Of a stretch of DNA of 64,000 nucleotides, positions 51,489 through 64,000 are shown piece after piece. The notes beneath the pieces are model-generated. The model did not search any database, was not told the DNA's origin, and saw nothing but the letters and a program-made list of their open reading frames with translations. The DNA is from Camelus dromedarius (Eukaryota). A program made the translations under genes and the position numbers. Every line of letters starts with the position of its first letter. Position 1 is the stretch's first letter. The DNA lies in NCBI RefSeq assembly GCF_036321535.1, contig NC_087438.1:13952001-14016000 (forward strand), written 5' to 3'.

Positions 51489-53139
51489 GAACTCTCAGAG
51501 TAGGAAAGAAATAACATATGGGCGAAAAAGGAGTATTTGCTACGTTTGATGAGGTCTACAAAAAAACGAGGTGAAAGATCGACAAGATTACTTCTCACTG
51601 AAGAGTACTGGGAACCAAGCAGACTTGTAGGAGTTTGCCAGGGAAGCATAAGCCACTCTAGAGTAATAGTATCAGTGGAAAAATAATGCACAAAGCATGC
51701 TTGGTGTAGCTGGAAAGTTTAACAGAAGATAGATAGATAGATGATACAAACAATATTAACCTAAGGCAGTCTAGATTTCATTTTAAATATCTAAGATACT
51801 TGATGAGGGAAAAATCTAAGGACACAAGTGGGTTTGAAGTATACTTCATTCTGGGGCAGGGGAAGAAAGTAGCCTCAGAAAAAGCATAAAGGGATGGGGG
51901 TAACTGAATTGCCTTGTGATTGCATTCCATAGATGATGCTTTTTCAGGTTTAAAGACTAAACAAGGCAACTGGAATACTTCCCATGATCCATCTATTCAA
52001 TTTTCAAACATTAATCATCATGCAGGTAATATATTTCTCAGGCTAATACCTAGAGATCTGAGATATCAACATATCAACTCTTGGCATTTTCCTCAACAGT
52101 TACTATTGAGGAGAAGGATACGTAGTTACGTTACAAAAGAAGATAAATCTGTTTTTTTTACCAGGAAGATATAGTATAAAATATGTTATAATTAACCAAC
52201 ATCAATTCCTATCATTTACTATCAATACTATTTTATAGTCAATGAGATTATTTGTTTTCCCTTCCTAGGAATAGCTGGTCAACTTTGTTACAAAAAGTTG
52301 ATATTTGTGAAAAGCAGGTTCAATTGGCTTTATGTCTTTGTTTTCCTATTTAACAGCTTTATTTAAGTTTAATTTACATACCATGGCTTTCATTTAAGTG
52401 TCCAATTCAAGCTGATTTAATTGTATGGATCCAAGGCTGCACAAATAGTGTAACTAACAAGGAATCCTAATCTATAATTTTGTTTCATGAGAATTATGAG
52501 CATCACAATTAAATTCAATAGATATTATTAATTCTGTTCATGTCAGTCGGACATGATAGATCCTAGTTACCCAGGAGAAGAGCTATCTGACTTCTGTAGT
52601 GCCTACAAAATACTTTGCTACTTCTTGATAATAGTAATGTTTTTTTTCAAATAAGCATTCTCAATGGAGTATCAGAGAAAATAGCCTCTGGTTCCATTCT
52701 CTGATCTCACAAATATCAACCATTAATATAAATTCTGATATTTAGTTGAAGTCAGAGTGAAAAATTTCCCTTTCCAGTTTAATATTGGCACCAGAACCAT
52801 GAAATCACTACTCAGGTCCAGAGAGCAGTGTGTCATCTGTGGATCATGGATTTTGGACTGAGAGGAGTGAAAGCTGTCTGGGGAGCCTGCTCTACACCTG
52901 CCTGGGCAGTGCATTGTGCTGTCAAGGTGATTTATTGGCACACAAAGCAGATTTCACCAAGATCCAGCTATCAGCATTGAATGTGTCTGTACATAAAAAT
53001 AACCTCACCAGTCACTACACTGCCAGCCTTTTGCTCAGCAGTCTTTGGCTTATAACTTTCACTCTGTGTGCTTGTAGTTGTGTGATCACAAGACAGCATA
53101 GCTACCATTTTTCCAATGATTACATATGTGTTTAAATTT

Positions 53140-53385
53140 GGAAGACTGAAAGACCAAAGGACAAAGTGTTGGAGTCTGTATAGAGATGTCGAAACTTTCC
53201 TAGAAACCCCCAGTGGTCTTTCCTTTATATGCCACTGGCCAGAACTGGGTTACAAAAGCTATAAGTAGGCTGGGAAATATAGCTTTATAACTGAGTTATG
53301 TTGCTACACTGAGAAAATCAGAGTTCTGATAGCATCAGCAAAATGAGAAACCAATATTGAGTGGACAACTATTTGTGTCCATTAT
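53140..53385 (-). mobile_element. Old MaLR LTR fragment, MLT1J/K-like
   Basis: ACTTTCCTAGAAACCCCCAG..CCTTTATATGCCACTGGCCAGAACTGGGTTACA..GGCTGGGAAATATAG..AAAATCAGAGTTCTG. Confidence 0.65.
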
Positions 53386-54604
53386 CATTCATTAATTATT
53401 TTTTAATGCTATAGAAAATGGACTTCTTGTATTATTAATCCCCATACACTCTGCTGCAGTTCAGGAACTGTTTAGAGTTCTTCCCTAAAGAAGACAAAGC
53501 ATGATAATATTTCTTTCAGTAAATTGACAATATGGCAGTTTTCAATTAGTGCATTCCATTTTTCTCTAAGAGAAGCAAATTCTTTAGCATTGAGATTATC
53601 CATTAATATTTTTGTACATTATGTAGTCAACCATAGAAAACATATTTGAAAATGTATCTATAATTATTTGTGCATACAATTATTATCATTGTTATCATAT
53701 GAATTAAAGATGGGCTAAGAAGGAGAAAAATTGACAAGACATTCTACTGTGGAACACTCTATCTTCTGCAGATACTGTGGACCACAGCTAAATACTGTAA
53801 CTTCTTAGTTACTAGTAAATATAAAATATTGCTTTGGGGAAAAGAAAACTATATTCAAGTAGATTTTCATATTGAATTAAGAAAAATTAATATTCAAATC
53901 CATAAAACCTTTAAAGATGCTTTATGTCTTTTATCCAAACATACACATTGATCTCTTCCACAAAAAATTCTTTTTGCTCATTTTCGAAATGAAATAAATC
54001 TGAAGAGGTTAAATAAAACCAAAATTGGTGACATATTTAATTACATCATGCAGACTGAAGAATGTTACAAATCTTGTTTTCAGTTACATCCTAGGAAACT
54101 CATTTAAGCCTTCCGCTAAGTGCATTTTTATAGCTGATTGACTTCTACTACAAGATGTTAAGAAGAGGTCGTTTTTGGGAATCAAAGTTATTGTTAGTCA
54201 AGACCTATGCATTAAAGACAATTAATTCACAGCAAGCACACCATTTTGCCTTTTCTAAAGACACTATTCTGAGTTGGGACAGTCAATTCTAAAGATAAAA
54301 CACTGACTATTTTGTCTAACTTATTTCCCTTTAAGTAATCATTCCACATTTTCTAAAAGTATTTTTCTCTCATTAATAACATTTACAAAAGCAACTTTGG
54401 CTGAAGTTTCAGAAAAGAAATTTATATAAAATTTAATAGTGGAACTCTCACTTTTTAAAATGTATAGTTATTTGGACTAAAAAATCTTTCACACAAAATC
54501 ATTTTTTTTCTATTTTATATAAGACTATCTCAAAGTCTGATTATGGCACACTATGTCATAATCTTGGAAATTCTTCTCAATCTTAAAGGATAAAGAGCAA
54601 AAAT

Positions 54605-54790
54605 GACAGAAATTGACTGAGTACCTACATTTTCCCAAGAACTGGACTAAGAACACTGCATTTCTTTCCTCATAGAATAGGTATTATCATTATAAATATT
54701 TATACAAGGAAACAGGTGCATAAAATTTAAGTGGCTTGATCAATTTTCTATGCTACAAAGTACATTCTGGGGTTTGACCATGAAGTATTC
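54605..54790 (-). mobile_element. MIR SINE
   Basis: TTGACTGAGTACCTAC..AGGTATTATCATTAT..ATTTATACAAGGAAACAGG..TTAAGTGGCTTG. Confidence 0.55.
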
Positions 54791-56701
54791 CCAAGTCATT
54801 TTGAAATTAAGCTTGGTGTTTTGGAAAAATAATAAATACGAATTACTTTACTATATTAACTACACTGGTACATGACTAAATTTTTCTTTCATAGGAAGGC
54901 CAATGAAAACTTTATTATATTTACAATAATGCCTTGAAAAAATAAGTAGTGAAATTATTTGTGCTGTTAGAACCAACAGACATCAGGAGGTGTAGTACAT
55001 TTCATTTGATGTCAACTATTCTGTTTCCTGTGGAATGGATGTCATTAGTGCAGAAAGGTTTGAGTGACAAGAGATTGGAAACCCAATATCTATCATTTTT
55101 TTAACATCAAGTTGCAGAAACCACTCAAGTACTAAAATGTGCCAGAAGTGTTAAAAGATCTGTATGCTCTTGGTATATAATTAAAAGATAGCCTGTTTAG
55201 TCTTATTATTTGTATATCTTTGAAAATTAACTGTAGAATTTATCAACAGAAATGTTTTTAGCTACGATATTTTCTAATTAAATATCCATTTTAAAAACTA
55301 AATAGGAATGAAGACTGCATGAAAATCGATATATAATTTAAAATATTAATTCACCTATATGAAACTGCATAAATGTCTCAATAGTTCTTATTAGATGTGT
55401 GACTAAAAACCACTATGAGTACCATTTACACAGATACATGAACCCCATTATTGACTACTGCTGATTTAATGTTTCATGTTAATTTTGGTGAAAAGACCTG
55501 GTATTCATCATTGCTAGCACTAGAAACAATTGTAAATAAACCTTAAACAGGATTTTGTAAGCCCGCATATCCCTATTCCCCTGAAATCAGGTTTTAATCC
55601 AGGTTTTCAGGTTTCCTGAATTGATCATCAGGAAGATTCAACACACTTCCACGTAAAACAGGCAAGGAATAACTTAACACATCCGTACCAGCTCAAAGAA
55701 CAAGAAGTAATCTGTAAATTGTTGACTATGAAACAGGTAGCAAAGAAAACCATCAAATGACTATAAACACCATGGCCATTAAGAGATTTGCATTCTCAGA
55801 TAAAAACCTCACACCTACCCTTTGTGAATCTTCCATTCCATTTCTAAGACCCTGGAGAGAGACATGGTAGATTTCTGCTTTTGTCTTTGACCTAAGTCAA
55901 GGGAAGAGTCCTTTTACAGCAACCCAATCATGAAGTTTCTGCTATCACTACCTGACATAAATTCTGTAGTTCCCAAAGAAGCAAAGAAGCCTTGAATATA
56001 CTGATTTATTTTTAAAGCAGCTGACATTATATTAACTGGAGTAGGGTTGAGATTTGAGTTGTGTTGATAAACAACCATCGGCCCAGATTTCTCTTGACTT
56101 TGGTTCTCTGATCACTTTATATGGCTTTCTTATTTGGCTACCTTCCTCAAAATGTCTTGCTTGGGGCTAGTTTTCATGAACATTAAAATTGTTTCCCCAC
56201 TTAATAACTCTAAAAATGTTTTCTTGCTGAGTTAAAAATCAATAATATTTAAGTAGAATTTATCATCATTAAGCCTACATTATTACAATTTTTACATAAA
56301 TCTGACCAAAAATATAATACAGCTTTTATATTTCATTATCATATCCTTTATTTTTTTCATGGTCTTCTGTATCTTTCAAATAGTATTTAATTTTAAAATA
56401 TCTCTCTTGAATGGATATTCCTCTTTTGTTTTTATGCATTAAGCAAGCATCATGGAATAGTTACCTCAACAAAACTTACGCCAAACATAAATTATTCGCA
56501 AGATTTTTGGTTCGTCATATTGATTAATGGAGTTCTAGTAGAAAGCAATACATAGCTTATTAAATAAATTGTGTATAGTATGGTAACTCAAGAACTACAC
56601 GATTCTTTTCTCTGGATCCATCAATTTACACATAGTTAATATAACAGAAAGCAAGACCTCATTGGCAGCTTGTCATTGAAAAATCATCTGTGAGCTGGTC
56701 T

Positions 56702-57070
56702 TGAGATGAGTTAAGGCCGTGGGACCCCAGGCCACGACTACAGAGCATGTTTGTAGTACGCAGTAAATAATTGCTCCACGCATGCGTCAATTATAGAAGA
56801 TTTAGAACAAAGAAAATAGAAGTAAGCATGTGCTAGAGATATTCTGTAAGCCTAATGAACAAAGAAACTCAGACTGCGCATGTGCTGACAGAAAACAGAT
56901 AAAAGCAGGACAGGTGCATCATAGGCGCTCACCTCCCTGTGGCAATAAAGTGTTGTTAACCCCATGGTGTCTCCCGCTGAAGTCTGTCCGGTGGTATGAC
57001 AACTCCTCGTACATTTTTTCATCGGGCCGCTCACCTCCTAGAACCCCATGTCAGCCTCCCTCGGCTGACA
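56702..57070 (+). mobile_element. Short CpG-retaining solo LTR (probably ERV1 class; family not recognised)
   Basis: TG (56702)...CA (57070); flanks GTCT/GTAT as a 4-bp TSD with one mismatch; duplicated U3 unit GAACAAAGAAA..GCATGTGCT; ATAAAA at 56899; AATAAA at 56944; many CpGs in a CpG-poor neighbourhood. Confidence 0.75.
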
Positions 57071-58299
57071 GTATCAAAACTTAACTTTTAACATAATGGA
57101 AACAAGACAATTCAAAGTCTTGACCTTACACATAAGCGCTTATAACTGAGTGAGTTTGGCACAAAACTCCTTCAATTTCACCATAATTGGTCATTGAAAG
57201 TACTAATTGGAAACGGTATAATATAGTTATGCCAAACAAGAGGACAGAGTTAAGGTATTGCTATTAAAATGTACATTTAAAGTAACTACTATCCCAGTGC
57301 TTCTTATACAACATCCCATGTATAGTGACTGATTCCTTAGTTTTCAGTGTTTGTATGTTTTCACTCCAGTCATTTAAAGCGCAATTTCCAATAAGCTCAT
57401 TCATTCTGAGGATGTTTAACTGCATTATAATAGGTCTTTTAAGCTTAAATTACCAAGAAATTCTTAGCTTTGAAGACAATACTCAGCATTTTGTTTTATA
57501 ATCTCTCTTAGAACTTTCAACAGAAAATAGTCTGAGAGATGTGCATACTCAAAGAATCTTTATAGTAGGACATAGACTCCCATGATGCTTCAGCCAGTGT
57601 GATACTGAAACTAAAACATAACAACATGGAGGCTTACATTTCATTCAATAAATTATTTTGCTTAAAGAAAGGAGCAAAAAATTGCAGGAGCAAAGGTACT
57701 TTCTCAGAGCAGTACTTGAATAGCTCTAGGTTTCAGATAACATTTTATTTGTTTGTTTACCGAAGTATTAAATTAACCTACAATAAATATGTACAACCAA
57801 TGCAATCTTTATTTAAATATTATGTTGTCTATGTATTTGCCTCACTGAAACACAGGGTACAGCAGAGGCCAAGACTTGTCAAATCTTATCCACAGTGGCT
57901 TGCTTTATTTGTCCAAAGTAAATATGTACACCTACACACACACACACCTGTATGGACTCACATCAACACATGCAAACATTTAGACAGATACTCAGACATA
58001 AGCAAACACACAGAATTGGTATTTGTTTTTTAACAAGTCACAGAAGTCTGTAAAGAGTTATAAAATGCATATAAGATGTCTATATCCTAGCATGTTCTAT
58101 CAAGTAAATACAACATTTATTGATAAATAAACATTTGGCTCTCTGTAAGGACAATTACTTGAGTAAATTCTTATATGTGTGCATGTGTGTGCTTGCATGT
58201 GTGTGTAATCCTAAACAAGGTAATGGAAGATGCATATTTTTAAAGTAAGAAATATACATCTTTCATAAATAAAACAAACATGGTTATTGGGAAAATATT

Positions 58300-58455
58300 T
58301 AAAAAAATGAGCAGCACTATTATCAAATAATGAGGTAGCTTAAGATTTTCTATCACTACAACGGCAATCATATTACCATATGTAAGTGCATTAAATCAGC
58401 AGGGTGTACCCCTTAAATTTACAGTGTTATATGTCAAATATATTTCAATAAAAAT
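58300..58455 (+). mobile_element. LINE-1 extreme 3' fragment, similar to 51168-51488
   Basis: TATCACTACAACGGCAATCATATTACC..GTGTACCCCTTAAATTTACAGTGTTATATGTCAAATATATTTCAATAAAAA. Confidence 0.8.
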
Positions 58456-60355
58456 ATTTTCAACTAATTCTAAAGTCTCCTGCCAGGACAACAACATATA
58501 CACATATATATGTATATTTTTACTCCAGAAGTTTGATTACTAGGTTAATAATCATTTTATTTCTACATCTTTAGTAATATGTTGGTACTGCAAGAACTTG
58601 CATATCTCATACTCATTTTAGGTTACATTGAGTTATTTATTTTTATTATCTCTCAATTTTATTTTTATTTAACTGAAATATTATAATTTAATCTATAATT
58701 ATAATGCAAAAATGCACATACATATGTATGTATATTCTTTATTTAAATATCTATTTCTATATACCTTCTTTATTGTTTTGTAAGTTACGGAAATTAAAGG
58801 GTTAAGCAGTATGTCTGAGATCTATTCCTGCCCAGTGTACTCAGGGGCTGGAGCACACCAGTGAAGGAAAGAAGGTATCTTCTTGTAAACGTGATAGTGA
58901 CAACCCTCCTAGCAATCTAATGGTATTAACTACTGGAGAATGCTTGTCCATAGCATCTTGTCAGTTGGATGTACCTCATTATCTAAGACAATGGTTAATA
59001 AGTCTGGAATCTGTAGACCTATTCAGGGTTCCCTGAAAAATGTGTTGAATGTTACATAACTGTATCAGTATAAGGAGATATTTATGACCAGATGCGACTC
59101 TTCTGTGTTAGTTACATTGATGTGCCTTTTACCCGAAGATCTCGCATGTTAACTGGATTCAGAATGCATGAAACATGACCAGAAAGGATCTAGGAAGCTG
59201 CTGGAACATCCTGGACCTCTCTCTACTTCATCTGAGCCTCCTGATTTTGGATATCCTTGAAAGTATTTGTAAAACTTGAAACATTTCTTACTGAATAGTT
59301 GGCTACACTAAAAATGGGTTTATATTTAGCCTTAGCCAAATTTGTATTAACAAATTGTAAGACCATGAGCTTTTTGTGGATTTTAGATTATGCCGCTATA
59401 CCATAATCCTATACTGCATTATTGAGTATCCTTCATGATCATTTTGGCATCTCATAATATATGATGATTATTCTGATCACAGAAAAATAGAGGAAATAGA
59501 GCAGACTTCATATTCTTCTTTAAAAAAAGTTTACATGTCTTTGGATGTATTCTCAGTTAATTTTGTTTTCATTACACAATAATTGAGGGCTGAAGAATTA
59601 TATAATACTCTGTTTTAAACTGATAGCACTTATTTAAATGTTACAGATATATGCAAAGGTAAGAAGCTTTTTACTGGTATGGTTATAAATAATGGATAAT
59701 CAAATATTAAGGAGAACAGTTAATGTATCTTTAATTATTCAATCACATTGTTTTTGAAAAAGTGAGGACATTTTAAAATGTGCTACAATAACAATGTCTA
59801 ATGTAGAAGAGTACACAGAAATAAAAGCATTGCTTTCTTTCATTGTAACATGCATCTGCACACGAATTATCCATAAGTGCACTAACCTGTTTTAGGATCT
59901 ACGGAGAAGTAGGGCTGTCCCTGGAGGATACTGTAAACCACCCGGGCACTGTTTCCGTAGGTGGGGTCATCTGCATCAGTAGCTGTCACCTGTAGAACAG
60001 AGGTACCTGTGCATTCAGGAAAACAAATTTTAGTGTGTGACGGCATTAGGCACATGAGCTATTTGTATACAGAAAAAGGTCATGCTGAAATATCTCTGGA
60101 GAGTGATAATTTCTTATATTTCTTCGATTTATCTGTCGAACATGTTCTTCAATTTCTTTCCCTGACACCAAATGTTCTAAATGAGGGCCCAAAATGGAAT
60201 ACATGATTTCAGATATTTTAATATAGTTCTTATGTGCTGGTACCATTGTGAATGGTCTCTTTTAACTGTCACATATTCAGGGTTGGTTGGATCAATGCTC
60301 AAGAATCAAACTGTTATTAACTGATGAGTAAAATCAAAACTATTCTGAGGGTATA

Positions 60356-60561
60356 AGGTTGGCCTTTGGACAATGCTGGGGTTGGGGGACACCAATACTC
60401 CACAGGGTGAAAAATCCGTGGATAATTTATAATCAGCCCTCTGTATCTGCATCCTTAGATTCAACCAACCACAGATGTTTAGTACTGTAACAATTACTAT
60501 AGAAAAATTCGTATATGAGTGGACTCACTATTCAAACCCATGTTGTTTAAAAGGTCAACTG
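60356..60561. mobile_element. Tigger2-derived MITE
   Basis: TIR-like AGGTTGGCCTTTGGACAA / TTGTTTAAAAGGTCAACTG (recalled consensus CAGTTGACCCTTGAACAA); internal GAAAAATCCGTGGATAA and TTCAAACCCATGTTGTT. Confidence 0.8.
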
Positions 60562-61502
60562 TTTATTGCCTGCAACATAACTACTCAGAAAACTGAAGGT
60601 GGGGTGGTTTGTGATTAGGTAGTAGGGTGGCTGCATTGACATTAAATCATCAATGTCATCAAAACAGCACATTCAAGTCATTTCCTATCATCTATGGAAA
60701 TTTTTATTTTCTTACAAATTTCTTTTCATTTCTTACATAGACTATCAAATGAGTCTCCCAACTTGTCTCCAAAGTTCAGATCTCACTCCTTTGGCTCTTC
60801 TACACAGTACCAATGAAATTATTTTCTACAAGGGTATCAATATACCTATCACAGTGGATTTTTGAAGATTAATAATTTAATCTGTTTAATTATTTATGTA
60901 ATTTAAAACCTTTAAAATACTATATTTTAAGGTACTAAAAGTAGTGGATCTATTATGCTGGTGTCTTTATCTTTACACCTTTTAAACACAATTTGCATAA
61001 TTAGATACATCTTTATCATATTTCAGGTATTCCTAAATGAGAACTGATTTAAGGATAACATGACAAACATCTATTAAGGACTATACAACTTCACTGTAGA
61101 ATCAGTAGTTAAGAGCTTTCATTTATTCATGAAATGTACTTGATGGATCATCTAATAATGATACTTGATAGTTTATTCTGGCTAACTAGAAAACTTCTAC
61201 CTACTAATTTAGGTTATGTTTCAAATAAAAATATTTCCACAATCAAGTGAGCCTGTATGAAATTTTACTTTTATTTTGGTACTGGGCTATGGAAGTACTG
61301 ACATTTTTTATTTTTAATTTTAGTAATTAATTCAATGATTTAGGTTTGACACACCTGTTAAGGGTCTAATAGCTGCTTAATTACAGCTTTACTTCCGTGT
61401 TGAAATTCAGACACAACTGGAAGCAAAGCTTGTCCTGTACCTTCAAAGGATCCTAGAAAACTTAATTGAGTTAGGAAGCCAAGTTTGCAGATCATAAATG
61501 TA

Positions 61503-61685
61503 CAGCAGACCCTCTATATATATGGTTCCACATGCACAAATTCAATCAACTACTGATCATGTACTATGTTTGTGATCCACAGTGGTTGAATTTCTGGATG
61601 TGGAACCCATGGATATGGAAATAGAAGGCTAGCTAAGGGACTTGACCATCTGCAGATTTTGGTATCCGATACTGAGGGACGACTG
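61503..61685. mobile_element. MER2/Tigger-type MITE, internally deleted
   Basis: TA-CAGCAGACCCTC ... GAGGGACGACTG-TA termini; AAGGGACTTGACCATCTGCAGATTTTGGTATCCG block. Confidence 0.85.
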
Positions 61686-61834
61686 TATATAGATTTGTAA
61701 TAAAATGCCATGATTTTTGCCTCTAAGTAGTATTTTTACAGTGAGACGTTAAGCAAACATATAGTTAATAACTATGCAGACTGAGAAGGAAAGAGCTGAC
61801 TGTGTTATATCCAAAAGGTATTTCTAATTGTGGA

Positions 61835-62540
61835 TAATAAAACACAATAGTGGTATCAAATTCTAGTGAGAAATTAGGCCACTCATACACTGCTGGGGAA
61901 ATGTAAGTTTAGCAGATTCTTCAAAAAAACAAACACACATTTACCATATAACCCAGGAAATCGTATTCTTGGGCATTTATGTTAAAGTAATGAAATTATA
62001 TGTTCATATAAAAACTTATTTACAAATATTCATGGCCACATTATTCTTAGTAGCCCCAAACTGGAAGTAGCCCAGATGACCTTCAATGGGAAAACGGTTA
62101 AAAAAAAAATGGTGCATTATTGCCACGGAATACTACTCAGCAGTAATAATGAGCAGACTATTGATATATGCACCAGCTTGGATGAATCTTCAGGGAATTA
62201 TACTCAGAGGGGAAAAAAACCATCCCAAAAGATTATACCCTATATGATTCCATTTATTTAACATTCTAGAAGTGATGAAATTTTACAAGTGGATGACAGA
62301 CTAGTAGTTGTTAGGGTCTGGGGGGAGAAGAAGTGGAAAGGGGGTGAGTTTGATTATAAAAGGGCAACACAGGGATCCTGGAGATGCTGGAACTGTTTAG
62401 TATTTTGATTCTGGATACATGAACATGCCCAGGTGATGCATTACATAAAACTAAACACAAACATGCACACAGGTAAAACTAGGGAAATCTAAAGAAGATT
62501 GGTAAGTCATTTAAATAACCTGGTTATGATATTGTTGTAA
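61835..62540 (+). mobile_element. LINE-1 3' region, L1MC-like
   Basis: CACTCATACACTGCTGG; AGCCCCAAACTGGAA; GGAATACTACTCAGCAGTAA; CTTGGATGAATCTTCAGGGAATTATAC; TATAAAAGGGCAACACAGGGATCC; GTAAAACTAGGGAAATCT. Confidence 0.88.
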
Positions 62541-63920
62541 AGAGCCTACCTTGGGTTTGTGTGTGTACCAGGGTTTTTCTCATTTATCGCACTACAATTT
62601 CTGGCTTGATAAACTTCCCAGTGCTACTCACATGTAGACTATCTCTTTTATTACTAATATTATGATTATAGAACATTAAGAACTTTTTCTGTGATGTCTT
62701 AACACTTGCTTCATACTCACAGTCAACTTTCCAACTTGTTTAGTAGGTAAGATACTTAGCAAAAATGTTGGATTAGGAGGCATTTTCATTTTGTTCCTCA
62801 TTGAAAAAAATTAAAATCCATAGTAGGTACCCAGATCAGACTCTTAAGTGTAAAAACCCAAACTGTGGTGAAAAAATTATAAAATATACCAGTGAAATCT
62901 TTGATCTTATAGGAAAAATGCTGATAGTACTGCCTATAAGAATTACTAGGATTCAGGAAAAACGGTCTAGATAGAAAGTGGTAAAATAATGGCCATCTTT
63001 TAAGAAACCACACTTACAAAATCCTCAGGTTTTAAAACTTGCTCTGGCCTTACAACAGTGATTTAGGTCTAAACATTTTTAATGTCTTGATGGTAGCCCC
63101 AAAGCAACCATTCCACGGAGAAAGCCAGGGAAGGTAAATAAGGCCAGATCACACGTCATTTATGGTGACAGGATGCATCACCACATGTAAGGAAAGGAGT
63201 GCTCTGCCTGGCTTGAGCTGTCATTAAAGTCCAGGCTTGTTAAGTGAAAGCTGAGACACAAGAATGACAAGTGACAAGTGAAATAAAGAACACCGAGAAA
63301 AGGAGAAAGGAAAGAAAGAGAGGTAGTATAGTGGTGTTGACTAAGTGATGGTTTAAAGTAGCAAAAGGAAGTGAGCAGAGCAGAAAAGAGTTCCAGGGAG
63401 AAAAAGAAAATATACTAACTATCTACCCAGGTCGAAAAATATGGTCATTATCAATTACACCCAGCCCTATGCAGTTGGTCTCATGGGTACCAGGCAATTC
63501 TATTTGTGTGCAAAGCAAAGAACAGCAAATTACCCTCTACCATTGTAGTTTGGTGGCATCTGAAGGCATCAGCCTGCCACTTTGAGTACTCAGATTGCTG
63601 GCAAAAGGAAGAAGAGGTATATGAACAGCACAGCTCAACCAAAAGTCAACCTGAATACAGCGGGAGTAGTTAAATAGCAGGGGTGGAAGATCAATCCCTT
63701 CACCAACTGTTCAGAGATTCTTTACCAAGGAGAATTGGTAAGGAAGTTTTAGACCAAAAGGAAAATATATAATTATCTTGTTTTCTTATTTATTTGAAGC
63801 TTTGATGGGAACATTTTAAGAACCATGGGTACTTTTGGAAGTTCTTTTACATTAGGAAAAAGAAGCTTTTTTTTCATTAAAATATATAAATCATAAAAAC
63901 ATAGAACTCTGTAGGGGTTG

Positions 63921-64000
63921 TGTTATGAGTTGAACTGTTTCCCCTCAACGTTCATATGTTGAACTTCTAAACTCTTGTACTTTGAGAGGTGACCTTATTT
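63921..64000 (+). mobile_element. MLT1A/B-like LTR 5' start, cut by the window end
   Basis: TGTTATGAGTTGAACTGTTTCCCCTCAACGTTCATATGTTGAAC..GTGACCTTATTT. Confidence 0.8.

Noticed and set aside
57599..58033. 144-aa ORF
   Set aside because: Non-ATG start, includes CA-repeat-derived HTHT; no homology recognised
1..64000. CRISPR array, tRNA/rRNA genes, operon or prokaryotic defence system, intact provirus
   Set aside because: No regularly spaced repeats, no RNA-gene signature, no long ORFs, no gag/pol/env next to the LTRs; repeat content is mammalian

Overview
Mammalian nuclear DNA, visibly AT-rich and CpG-depleted, either intergenic or deep-intronic. I recognise no protein-coding exon, RNA gene, CpG island or prokaryotic-type system. 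The ORF-track peptides are chance ORFs or decayed LINE-1 fragments. The window is mostly transposon fossils: a 4.25-kb LINE-1 with both termini but an internal deletion (19293-23542), several L1 3' ends including a twin-primed 5'-inverted copy, two ERV1-type solo LTRs with TG...CA ends and 4-bp target-site duplications (6805-7422, 56702-57070), MaLR/ERVL LTRs, Tigger and hAT DNA-transposon derivatives, many L2/MIR remnants and microsatellites. The youngest L1 tails, and the absence of recognisable Alu, B1, Bov-tA, PRE-1 or Can-SINE elements, suggest a cetartiodactyl, probably a camelid (inference from memory of repeat families, no search run). Some unique, GC-elevated islands may be enhancers or non-coding exons. 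I found no convincing evidence of a previously undescribed biological system. Family names come from recall of consensus sequences, and boundaries of old repeats are approximate.
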